Of a DNA stretch of 64,000 nucleotides, positions 18,688 to 26,889 are shown piece by piece. Each line of letters starts with the position of its first letter. The first letter of the stretch is position 1. The stretch lies in the NCBI GenBank assembly GCA_017744415.1, contig JAGIBJ010000139.1, positions 15,023 to 79,022 of the forward strand, written 5' to 3'. The notes beneath the pieces are model-generated. The model made no database searches and had not been told where the DNA came from. It saw only the letters and a program-made list of their open reading frames with translations. Origin of the DNA: Solirubrobacteraceae bacterium (lineage in GTDB: Bacteria; Actinomycetota; Thermoleophilia; Solirubrobacterales; Solirubrobacteraceae). The translations under genes were made by a program, and so were the position numbers.

Positions 18688-18740
18688 CGCCGAACAGACT
18701 TCCTCTGTAGCTCTGACTACAGAGGAAGTCTGTTCGGCGC
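18687..18740. repeat. 54-nt perfect palindrome, copy A (24-bp stem, loop CTCTGA)
   Basis: GCGCCGAACAGACTTCCTCTGTAG-ctctga-CTACAGAGGAAGTCTGTTCGGCGC. It is visibly AT-richer than the surrounding DNA. Confidence 0.95.
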
Positions 18741-18782
18741 GAGGGGGGCGAATTTTGGTGGGCTGCGGCCTCTGAATAGGTA

Positions 18783-19865
18783 GTGAATGCCTTGATCAGA
18801 GATCGACTCAAACGACAACGCGGTGTCGTCGCCGACTGGCAGCTCACCCTGGAAGTGAGCGCGGGAAGCATCCGCCACGTAAAGCCCGACTGGCAGCGGA
18901 TGTACGACGGCGTGCACATCAGCGGACACGCCGCGCCGACCGACTGGCAACGGCTGTACGGGGCCACGGTGACCGCCCCCGATTCGGTGCTCGACGCCTG
19001 GGCATCCGCCTGGTTCTACGGCCTCGTCGACCGCTTGGACGGAGCCGTCGACATCGTCCGTCCCGGGTCGGCCGGAGTGCGTGAATTGCCCTCGGTCTAC
19101 GTTCCCCTGGATCCACAGGCCGCCGGGGATGTCGGGAGCCCCGACTCTGATCTTGCGACGACCGCAGCCGGTAGTCAGGCACCAGGCCGCGGCCCGACCG
19201 ACGACACGCCGCCCGCGACGGGGACGGCGATCGGTCGACCGGATGACGGGGACGATGCCTCCTCGTCGACGGACGACAAGCCGCTGGTCGATCCCCGCTT
19301 CGCGCTCAACGTGCGCCGCTCGGAATGCCTCGACGAGGTCGATCTGCGAACCAATGACGGGATCGCGATGCTCAGTCCGGCTCGAACCGTCGTGGATCTC
19401 CTCGCGTTGCTCTACTCGTCGAACCGTCGCGCACGGCTGGTGCGAGACGCACTACGTCTCCGCGTCGTGACACCCGCGGAGCTCCACGAGATCGCCCGCC
19501 GGGGCCGCGGCCGACGCGGCGTGGGCCGCTTGCGGCCGCTGCTGGACGTCTACGCGCGGCTCCCGATGGACGAGGCGAAGAGCGACGCTGAAGCGCTTGC
19601 CGTGGCGTTGCTGGTGGCCGCAGGCTTCCCAGAACCGCGGCTCAACGTGCTCGTCGAAGGCGAGGAGGGTGATCTCGTCTTCCCCGCCGAGCGCCACATC
19701 GTCGAGCTCGACAGTCACGGGTTTCATCCGTTCCCGGGCGAGGACGAGCGGAAGCAAGCCATCTGGATCAATGCAGGGTGGACGGTCGATCGCGCCCCAA
19801 CCGACTCCGTCTACACGGATCCCGCGGTGCTCTACCGGGCCGCGACTCCACCACGCCTCCGCTAG
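18783..19865 (+). CDS. DUF559/Vsr-like endonuclease-fold protein with an AbiEi-like N-terminal region
   Basis: The C-terminus resembles DUF559 (GDLVFPAERHIVELDSHGFH...ERKQAIWINAGWTV). The middle is a long acidic, disordered insert. The 5' end is about 57% GC by my count of the first 60 nt. Confidence 0.65.
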   Translation: MNALIRDRLKRQRGVVADWQLTLEVSAGSIRHVKPDWQRMYDGVHISGHAAPTDWQRLYGATVTAPDSVLDAWASAWFYGLVDRLDGAVDIVRPGSAGVRELPSVYVPLDPQAAGDVGSPDSDLATTAAGSQAPGRGPTDDTPPATGTAIGRPDDGDDASSSTDDKPLVDPRFALNVRRSECLDEVDLRTNDGIAMLSPARTVVDLLALLYSSNRRARLVRDALRLRVVTPAELHEIARRGRGRRGVGRLRPLLDVYARLPMDEAKSDAEALAVALLVAAGFPEPRLNVLVEGEEGDLVFPAERHIVELDSHGFHPFPGEDERKQAIWINAGWTVDRAPTDSVYTDPAVLYRAATPPRLR

Positions 19866-19880
19866 CTGGCCCCCTCCTCC

Positions 19881-19934
19881 GCGCCGAACAGACTTCCTCT
19901 GCAGTCAGAGCTACAGAGGAAGTCTGTTCGGCGC
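19881..19934. repeat. 54-nt palindrome, copy B (reverse complement of copy A, 1 substitution)
   Basis: GCGCCGAACAGACTTCCTCTGcAG-tcagag-CTACAGAGGAAGTCTGTTCGGCGC. The loop is the reverse complement of the copy A loop. Confidence 0.95.
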
Positions 19935-19966
19935 TGGTGTGGGCACGCGCGCTCGGCCGGCTTGAG

Positions 19967-22615
19967 CTAGCTCGAGGCGGCGCGCAGGGCGGTGTCCTTG
20001 CCCTGGCAGTCGTAGAGGCCGTCGACGCTTGAGACGGCCGTACAGGTATTGGTGACGGCGTTCATCACGGTGTTGGAGCCCGTGCGGCTGTCCCGAAGAC
20101 CGCCGCTGCTCGTGACCACCCAGCGGATGTTGCCGCTGGCGACCCGGTCGGCAAACCAGCTCACGCTCACCTCCGACTCGCGGCCCGAGAAGCCGCCGAT
20201 GCCGGCAAGGTCGGCGTCCGAGCTGAGGATCGCCGTCGCGGCGCCCATCTGCCCGGAGACGACGACCGTGCCGCCGCCGTTGGCCTTGGCGTAGGCGAGG
20301 GCCGAGTTCACCGACGACTGGTCGCCGCCGAACATCCCGCCGGCGCCCATGCCGCCACCGCCGCGGAAGCTGCGCCGGGTGCCGGCAGCCGACGAGCTGC
20401 CGCCCTGCGACGAGCCGCTGGTCGAGCTGCCGCTCTGCGATGCGCCGCCGGCCGCGCCGGGCCTGCCCGGGAATCCGCTTTGGATGCCGGACGACGAAGT
20501 GCCGCCCGGCATGCCCGGAAACCCGCTCGAGCCGCTCGACGCGGAGCCCGGCAGCGCCGGCGGCTGTCCGCCGCCGAACCCGCCGCGGAACCCGTTGCCG
20601 CGGCCGAAGCCGCCGCGGCCACCGCCTGGTCCACCGCCCATGCCGCCACCCTGGCCGGCGGGGCCGCCGGTAGGGAAGGTGCTGCCGACGTTGTGGTTCA
20701 GGGTTTGCGCCGACCAGACGGCCGGGGCGACGAGCAGGAGCGCGGTGGCCGCGGTGACGGCGGCGACCCGGATGCGCCGGCTCCGCACCGCGACGAACGC
20801 GACGGCCGCGACGATCGTGCCCGCGTACAGGAAGGGGGTGAGCCAGCCGAGCTGGGTCGCGTTGCCGAGCACGACGCCCTCGGTGATTGCACCGGCGACG
20901 AGCATCGCGCCGCCGAGCACGCCGAGCACGAGTCCTTCACGCGAGCGCACGCCGCTCGCGGCGGCCGCGGGCACATCGAGCCCGGTTGCCCGAACCTGTG
21001 TCGCGGCACCCGCACGGTACGCGGCCGACTGATGCTGCGCCGACGCCTGAGCCTCCGCGGCGCCCGCCACCATCGGGTCGCCGTCGCGGTCGGCCCAGAG
21101 TTCGGCGGGCACGTGGCCCGCTGGACCCGCGAACGCCGCCGCCGGCACCGCGCGGGCGCCATCAGTGTCGCTGGCCGCGGCGGCGCGAGCGCCCCCCGCC
21201 GCTGCAGCGCTGGTCCGCGCCGCTCCGTCCGAGTCACCGCGAGCGACAGCACCAGCAGCCGAACGGCCGGCCGCAGCGCCGGCCGCTGCAGCGCTGCCGA
21301 CCGGCGCCACGCCGCTGTCCACGGCCGCGAGCCGCGACGCGGCATCCGCATCCGCCTCGCGGCGCGCCAGCGTCAGCATGGTGCCCACGCCGCCGCCAAC
21401 GAGCGCGGCCGTGAATGGTGCCAGCGCCGACACGTAGTAGGGATGGAAGATGCCGGAGGCGTAGGAGAACGCCACGGCGGTGATCGCGAAGGCACCCCCG
21501 ATGGCGATGAGCCATCCCGTGCGCGCATCGCTGCGGCGCAGCCGCGAGGCGGCGAGGATCAGCACGCTGGCGCCGATCGCGGCACCGAGGAGCCAACCGC
21601 CCTGGCTGCCGAGCGACGAGTTCAGCAGTCGCAGCGGGCCGGCGTCGCCGCCGAACACGCCGCCGCCACCGCCGCCGCCGGGCCCACCGCCCATGCCGCC
21701 GCCCGGTCCACCGCTCTGCCCGAGCAGCCGGCCGAGGCCGTTGTAACCGAGGATCAGGCTCCAGATCGAGTTGTCGCTCGTGCCCGAGATCCACGGGCGA
21801 TCCGCGGCAGGCGTGAGCCAGACCGCGATCGGCCAGGCGAGCCCGAAGACCAGCGCCGACGCCCCGAACGCGAACAGCTGCCGCACGGCGCGCAGCAGCG
21901 ACGCGCCTGCGGGACGCACCCACAGCCACGCGGCCACCATCGCCGGCACCACGAGCAGCGCCGCCGCCATCTTCGCCTCGAAGCCGAGCCCGACGGCGAC
22001 GCCCGCGAGCACGAGCCAGCGCGTGCGGCCGTCCTCGAGGCCACGCACGAGCGCCCACACCGCGAGCGTGATGCAGAGGACGAGCGCGGCATCCGGGTTG
22101 TTGTGGCGGAAGATCGCCACGGCCGTCGGCGTGAGCGCGAGCACGAGGCCGGCCGCGAAACCGCCGGCCCGCCCGAACACGCGCCGCGTCATCCCGTAAG
22201 TGAGCTCGACGGCCGCGATGCCCATCAGCGCCTGCGGTGCGAGGTAGGCCCATGAGCTGAAGCCGAAGAGCCGCACCGAGGCGGCCTGGACCCAGAGCGC
22301 GAGCGGCGGTTTGTCGACGGTCATCAGCCCGGCCGGGTCGAACGTGCCCCAGAGGAACGCGCTCCACGACTCGCTCATCGAACGCACGGCTGCGGAGTAG
22401 TACGTGTTGGCCTCGCCGTTGACGGAGAGGTTCCAGAGGTTCAGGAAGGCCGCGAGCGCGAGGAGCACGAGCAGCTCAGGACGGCGGACGAGCCCGGCGC
22501 CGAAGGCGCGCACGCGCGACCCGGAGGCCGCGTGGTCGCGCTCGGCCTGAGTGCCGGGCGCATCACCCGCGCGGGACGCGGGCTGTCGGGGGAAGGAAGA
22601 GGAAGCTGAAGACAT
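19967..22615 (-). CDS. GT39/ArnT-PMT-like membrane glycosyltransferase with large low-complexity inserts
   Basis: The N-terminus is GT-C/GT39-like (YYSAAVRSMSESWSAFLWGTFDPAGLMTVDKPPLALW) and many TM segments follow. There are Gly-rich and Ala-rich tracts. Confidence 0.8.
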   Translation of the reverse strand: MSSASSSFPRQPASRAGDAPGTQAERDHAASGSRVRAFGAGLVRRPELLVLLALAAFLNLWNLSVNGEANTYYSAAVRSMSESWSAFLWGTFDPAGLMTVDKPPLALWVQAASVRLFGFSSWAYLAPQALMGIAAVELTYGMTRRVFGRAGGFAAGLVLALTPTAVAIFRHNNPDAALVLCITLAVWALVRGLEDGRTRWLVLAGVAVGLGFEAKMAAALLVVPAMVAAWLWVRPAGASLLRAVRQLFAFGASALVFGLAWPIAVWLTPAADRPWISGTSDNSIWSLILGYNGLGRLLGQSGGPGGGMGGGPGGGGGGGVFGGDAGPLRLLNSSLGSQGGWLLGAAIGASVLILAASRLRRSDARTGWLIAIGGAFAITAVAFSYASGIFHPYYVSALAPFTAALVGGGVGTMLTLARREADADAASRLAAVDSGVAPVGSAAAAGAAAGRSAAGAVARGDSDGAARTSAAAAGGARAAAASDTDGARAVPAAAFAGPAGHVPAELWADRDGDPMVAGAAEAQASAQHQSAAYRAGAATQVRATGLDVPAAAASGVRSREGLVLGVLGGAMLVAGAITEGVVLGNATQLGWLTPFLYAGTIVAAVAFVAVRSRRIRVAAVTAATALLLVAPAVWSAQTLNHNVGSTFPTGGPAGQGGGMGGGPGGGRGGFGRGNGFRGGFGGGQPPALPGSASSGSSGFPGMPGGTSSSGIQSGFPGRPGAAGGASQSGSSTSGSSQGGSSSAAGTRRSFRGGGGMGAGGMFGGDQSSVNSALAYAKANGGGTVVVSGQMGAATAILSSDADLAGIGGFSGRESEVSVSWFADRVASGNIRWVVTSSGGLRDSRTGSNTVMNAVTNTCTAVSSVDGLYDCQGKDTALRAASS

Positions 22616-22648
22616 CGGGCGTGGGCCTGTGGTCGTCGGTGAAGGGGG

Positions 22649-24034
22649 TCAGGCGTGGTGGCCGCCGGTGCGGCCACGGCCGAGCGTGCCGAGGAGCAGC
22701 TGGACGGTCGAGGCGCGGCGCGCGGGCCGCTCGCCCGCGAACACCCAGTTGCGCAGCGCGAGGTAACGCACCACCGTCGCGAAGAGGTTCGCGGCGATCA
22801 GCACGCCGAGCTCGACGGGCCGGGGCGGCGAGCCCCATAGCCAGTGCAGCGCGCCGAGCGCGCCGGTCGAGACCGCGAGGGTGAGCAGGAACACCATCGA
22901 GCCCTGCAGGTGGTGACGCCCGAGATCGTCACGGCCGCGCACCTTGAACGTCAGATGGCGGTTGGCCTGCGTGTTGCCGATCGCGGTGATCGCCAGCGCC
23001 GCGGCGTTCGCGCCGGCCGGCGAGAGCGGCCCGCGCAGCACGAGGTAGAGGACGGCGTAGACCAGCGTCGAGATGACGCCGATCGCGAGGAAGGACGGCA
23101 CTCGCGTGCCCCCGATCAGCCGAGCGATGCCGCGCAGGTCGTCCTTGGCGGTCTGCACCACGTCGACGCGCGAATCCGGGTCGTCGACCCAGTCGACCGG
23201 CACCTCGTGGATCCGCAGGCCCGAGCGCTGCGCGAGTACGAGCAGTTCGGTGTCGAAGAACCAGGCTTCGTCGCGCACCTGCGGCAAGAGCTGGCGGGCG
23301 GCATCGGCGCGGATCGCCTTGAAGCCGCATTGCGCATCGGAGAACCGCGCTCCCAGCGAGTAGCGCAGGATGCGGTTGTAGGTGCGCGAGATCAGCTCAC
23401 GCTGAAGCCCGCGCTCCACCCGAGAGGTGCGGGCGAGCCGGGTGCCGATGGCGAGGTCGCTGTGGCCCGAGAGCAGCGGGGCGACGAGCGGGAGCAGCGC
23501 AGCGAGGTCGGTGGAGAGGTCGACGTCCATGTAGGCGAGCACGTCGGCCGGGGAGTCGGTCCAGGCGGCGCGCAGCGCACGGCCGCGGCCCTTCACAGGG
23601 AGGTCGAGGAGCATCACGCCGGGGAGATCGGCGGCGAGAGCCCGGGCGACATCGGCGGTGTGATCGGTCGACGCGTTGTTCGCGATGACGATCCGCGCCG
23701 GCACCGGGAAAGTGCGCAGGTGCTCGTGGAGCCGGCGAATCGATGCCGCCAGCACGTGCGCCTCGTTGTAGACGGGCACGACCATCTCCACGAGCGGGCG
23801 CACCGCTTTGTCTCCGCCCGCGAACTCCGCGTGGCCGTCGACGGTGCCTGCCAAGGCAGGGCCGCCGACCGTGTCCGCTAGTGCGGGCTGGGTGCCGCGG
23901 CCGGCCGCGCGGGGTACCCGGAGGGCGCGGGCGTGGGCGTGGGCTGGAGGGTCGATCATGGGGGAAGCCGTGCGGTGGCGGGCGCTGCGCGGTGGCGCCA
24001 CGCCGGAACCGGCGGTAGGGGGCGTGCTGCTCAT
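22649..24034 (-). CDS. GT2 polyprenyl-phosphate glycosyltransferase fused to a GtrA-like membrane domain
   Basis: GT2 motifs (VVPVYNEAHVL, IANNASTDHT, LAYMDVDLSTD) and a C-terminal GtrA-like TM region. It lies upstream of GT39 on the same strand. An alternative GTG start is at 24043. Confidence 0.85.
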   Translation of the reverse strand: MSSTPPTAGSGVAPPRSARHRTASPMIDPPAHAHARALRVPRAAGRGTQPALADTVGGPALAGTVDGHAEFAGGDKAVRPLVEMVVPVYNEAHVLAASIRRLHEHLRTFPVPARIVIANNASTDHTADVARALAADLPGVMLLDLPVKGRGRALRAAWTDSPADVLAYMDVDLSTDLAALLPLVAPLLSGHSDLAIGTRLARTSRVERGLQRELISRTYNRILRYSLGARFSDAQCGFKAIRADAARQLLPQVRDEAWFFDTELLVLAQRSGLRIHEVPVDWVDDPDSRVDVVQTAKDDLRGIARLIGGTRVPSFLAIGVISTLVYAVLYLVLRGPLSPAGANAAALAITAIGNTQANRHLTFKVRGRDDLGRHHLQGSMVFLLTLAVSTGALGALHWLWGSPPRPVELGVLIAANLFATVVRYLALRNWVFAGERPARRASTVQLLLGTLGRGRTGGHHA

Positions 24035-24205
24035 GCAACGCACGTTGGACGGAGTGTGCGAGAAGCCGCCCCGCGCTACCTGAGGGTTTCCTGAGACCGC
24101 CGACTGGTGGTTCCGCGGCGCGCCCCTGAGCGCGGTCTCGTGATGGGGAGCCGTCCCCCGTCGGGCCCGCTTCGGTGAGGCGGCTCACGCTGGCGCATCG
24201 GCGCT

Positions 24206-24241
24206 GTATCACCGCCCGGGCATGCCGCTCTGTATGGGTAC
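24206..24241 (+). promoter_or_regulatory. Bipartite promoter-like motif, copy P1 (GTATCA-N16-CTCTGTATGGGTAC)
   Basis: This is one of three near-identical copies with an invariant 16-nt spacer. It lies about 45 nt upstream of the ATG at 24285 of the small ORF-rSAM pair. Confidence 0.55.
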
Positions 24242-24284
24242 CGCCGCGTCAGGGGGCGCGGCGACCCCGACAGAGAGTCCATCC

Positions 24285-24569
24285 ATGACCGCGCTGCACA
24301 CCGCACTCGACAGCGAGCCCGTCCGACCACGCGGCTCTGCCCGGCTGCTTGCCGCCTGGCAGGCGCCCGCCGCCGATCCGCTCGACGCCCTCGCCGCCGA
24401 CCTCGCCGGTATCGCCACCGGCCCGGGAGCGGAGGAGCTCGCCGACCGGGAGCGCTGGAGTCGCCTGCTGCGCCGCCACGGAGGCCGCCCGCAGCCGCCG
24501 CGGGCCATCACCGACGGCGTGCCCGTGCACGTGCCGGCGCTCGTGGGCGCGGGAGCCTTCGATGCGTGA
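24285..24569 (+). CDS. Small hypothetical protein (94 aa), translationally coupled to the radical SAM gene
   Basis: About 82 of 94 codons end in G/C by my count. The composition is A/L/D/E-rich, whereas the overlapping rSAM-frame extension is P/R/S junk. An AGAGAG lies 8 nt upstream of the ATG. The stop overlaps the rSAM ATG (ATGCGTGA). Confidence 0.5.
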   Translation: MTALHTALDSEPVRPRGSARLLAAWQAPAADPLDALAADLAGIATGPGAEELADRERWSRLLRRHGGRPQPPRAITDGVPVHVPALVGAGAFDA

Positions 24570-25593
24570 CCTCTCCAGCGGCCCGGTGCTGCAGGTGCAC
24601 CCGTCGCGGCGGTGCAACCTCAGCTGCGGCCACTGCTACTCGTCGTCCGGCCCGCGCGAGGACGAGACCCTGCCGCAGCGCCTGCTCGTCGACGCCATCC
24701 GCGAGGCGGCGTGGTTCGGCTACGAGCAGCTCGCCGTCTCCGGTGGCGAGCCGATGCTCTCGGAAGACCTCCCGGTGCTGCTGCGCCGCGCCCGCACGCT
24801 CGAGATGACGACCTCGGTCACCACCAACGGCCTGCTGCTCGGGCAGACGCGGCGCTGGCAGCGGATCGCCCCGCTCATCGACGTGCTCGCGATCTCGATC
24901 GACGGCACCGAGGAGGAGCACGACCGGCTCCGCGGCCGCCAGGGCGCCTACGCCCACGTGGTGCGCAACCTCGAAGCGGTGCGCGCGACCGGCACGCCGT
25001 TCGGCTTCATCACCACCCTCACGCAATACAACGCGGCGAGCATCGAGTCGGTGGTGCGTCTCGCCGCCGAGCAGGGCGCCCGCTCCGTGCAGGTGCACCC
25101 GCTCTCGGGCGCGGGCCGCGCCGCCATCGAGCTCCCGGGCGAGCAGCCCGACGCGATCGAGCTCGCGGCCGCCCTCCTCGAGGCCCGCCGGCTCGGCGAG
25201 CAGTACGGCGTGCCCGTGCACGTCGACGCGCTCACCGCCGATCAGCTCGTCCTCTACCGCGGCGACCTCGTGCCGCCGTTCCCGGCCCGCTCGGTCACCC
25301 AGCTCGCACCCGTCCTGATCGTCGAGTCGAGCGGCCGCGTGCGCCCGCTCGCCCACGAGCTGCCGGACGAGCTCGCCATCGGCAACCTGCACCGCGCCCC
25401 GCTGCACCGGCTCGTCGCCGAGTGGGAGCGCTCCGACCGCGCCGCGCGCCTGGCCGCCGCCTGCGAGGAGACGTGGACCGATCTCGTCGGCGCCGACGCC
25501 GACCCCGCCGCAGCCTGGGCCGACGAGGTGGCCCGCCGCGCGGCGGCAAGGGTCGCCGCGGAGCGGCAAGCCGTGCTGCCGATCGCCGCGTAA
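24562..25593 (+). CDS. Radical SAM protein (CX3CX2C), with no Cys-rich SPASM/auxiliary cluster region
   Basis: HPSRRCNLSCGHCY (Cys codons at 24613, 24625 and 24634), SGGEPML and ISIDG are present. There is only one further Cys in the whole protein. Confidence 0.9.
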   Translation: MRDLSSGPVLQVHPSRRCNLSCGHCYSSSGPREDETLPQRLLVDAIREAAWFGYEQLAVSGGEPMLSEDLPVLLRRARTLEMTTSVTTNGLLLGQTRRWQRIAPLIDVLAISIDGTEEEHDRLRGRQGAYAHVVRNLEAVRATGTPFGFITTLTQYNAASIESVVRLAAEQGARSVQVHPLSGAGRAAIELPGEQPDAIELAAALLEARRLGEQYGVPVHVDALTADQLVLYRGDLVPPFPARSVTQLAPVLIVESSGRVRPLAHELPDELAIGNLHRAPLHRLVAEWERSDRAARLAAACEETWTDLVGADADPAAAWADEVARRAAARVAAERQAVLPIAA

Positions 25594-25614
25594 CGCCGGG
25601 GCGATCAGGCTCGA

Positions 25615-25637
25615 CGGGCGGCCGGTGTGGCCGCCCG
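25615..25637. terminator. Hairpin between the convergent rSAM and S8 genes
   Basis: CGGGCGGCC-ggtgt-GGCCGCCCG. Confidence 0.5.
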
Positions 25638-25644
25638 AGCCGGC

Positions 25645-26838
25645 CTACGGCAGGACGAGCGTGCCGCCGTCGAGGATTCGCTCGCGAGAGGGATCGTCGA
25701 TGAGGCGGTAGGCCGCCTCCTTCACGGGGATGCCCTCGTTGGCGGCGAGCTGCAGGATCGCGCCGGCGACCGCCGGCGTCGCGAACGACGTGCCCGTCCA
25801 CTCGGCGCCCTCCAGGAAGGTGCGAGCGCCGGTGCCCTGCTCGGCGAACTTCACGAACGCGCTCACGGCTGTGCCCGGCGCGGATGCGTTCACCCAGGTG
25901 CCGCGGCCCGTGTAGTCGGTGAGCTCCCAGTCCTTCGACCCCTCGGGCTGCTTGACGGCTCCGACGGCGATGGCGAGCTTGGAGGCCGCGGGCCAGTGCG
26001 GGCGCGAACCGCCGTGGTTGCCGGCCGCCGCGACGACGACCGTCTTGGGCGAGAGTCGCTGCAGCGCACGGTCGATCGAGAGGTGCGAGCCATCGGCCTG
26101 GGCGGGGCCGCCGAACGAGCAGTTGATGACGTCGACCTCTGGGAGATCGAGCAGCGCCTGTGCGATGTCGAGCTCGCTTGCGAGGCCGGCGGGCGTGGTG
26201 AGGATGCGGCGCACGATGACGTTTGCGGTGGGCGCGTACCGCAGGATCACGCCGGTGACGAACGTGCCGTGGCCGGCCGCGGGATCGAGGAGCTGATCAC
26301 CGTCGTCGTCGAGGCGCTCCTCGTCGGCGGGGTCGACCGAGACGGGCAGACCCCAGTCCGGCCAGACGCCGGTGTCGAGCACGGCGACGGTGAGTCCACT
26401 CTCGCGCTTCAGCACCTCGTCCGGAATGTCGGTGGGGCGGTCGGCCGGGATGGCGGGGTCGCAGCCGTGCATGCGCTGAGGGTCGGCGACGAGGAAGTGC
26501 TCGACGCTCGCGGCCGACGGAGCGATCTTGCGCAGGTTGCGGGCCAGCGACGGCACGGCGACCTTGTCATCGACGGCGAGAAGATCGAGGCCGACGGCGA
26601 GCGACGTGCGACGGGATTCGTCGGGGGCGAACTCTGCCCGCGCGGAGCGCAGGAGCTCGAGGCCGTAGCGCCAATCGGTGCGCTTGCCGCGGAGGAGCTC
26701 GGGATGCACGAGGAGCCGTCCACGCCGGTAGAGGAAGCCTGCGCCGGGCGACGAATCGATCGCCACCTCCTTCTGCGCGGCGATCGCGAGTTCCCAGCGA
26801 TCAGTCTCCGGTTGCGGCTCCCACGGCTCCCCTTGCAC
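25645..26838 (-). CDS. S8 family serine peptidase (subtilase), no signal peptide
   Basis: Catalytic-triad contexts are present: VAVLDTGV (Asp), GHGTFVTGVIL (His) and GTSFATPAVAGA (Ser). An N-terminal region of about 140 aa has unknown function and no hydrophobic leader. Confidence 0.9.
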   Translation of the reverse strand: MQGEPWEPQPETDRWELAIAAQKEVAIDSSPGAGFLYRRGRLLVHPELLRGKRTDWRYGLELLRSARAEFAPDESRRTSLAVGLDLLAVDDKVAVPSLARNLRKIAPSAASVEHFLVADPQRMHGCDPAIPADRPTDIPDEVLKRESGLTVAVLDTGVWPDWGLPVSVDPADEERLDDDGDQLLDPAAGHGTFVTGVILRYAPTANVIVRRILTTPAGLASELDIAQALLDLPEVDVINCSFGGPAQADGSHLSIDRALQRLSPKTVVVAAAGNHGGSRPHWPAASKLAIAVGAVKQPEGSKDWELTDYTGRGTWVNASAPGTAVSAFVKFAEQGTGARTFLEGAEWTGTSFATPAVAGAILQLAANEGIPVKEAAYRLIDDPSRERILDGGTLVLP

Positions 26839-26889
26839 GGTGGCTCCAATCGGTAAGGTCGGTCGGCAGACCCCGCGCCCGCCAACTTC

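Noticed and set aside
24222-24284. The upstream ATGs at 24222 and 24234 as starts of the small ORF. The MGT… start would sit inside the motif.
   Set aside because: These codons are part of the conserved DNA motif, whose frame differs between the three copies. If the motif is a promoter they would lie upstream of the predicted transcription start. The ATG at 24285, with an AGAGAG upstream, is more plausible.
24285-25593. Assignment of the small ORF/rSAM pair to known RiPP systems (FxSxx-COOH/FxsB, mycofactocin MftA/MftC, sactipeptide or ranthipeptide).
   Set aside because: The C-terminus …GAGAFDA does not fit FxSxx or the mycofactocin …GVY ending. The peptide has no Cys. The rSAM has no SPASM cysteines.
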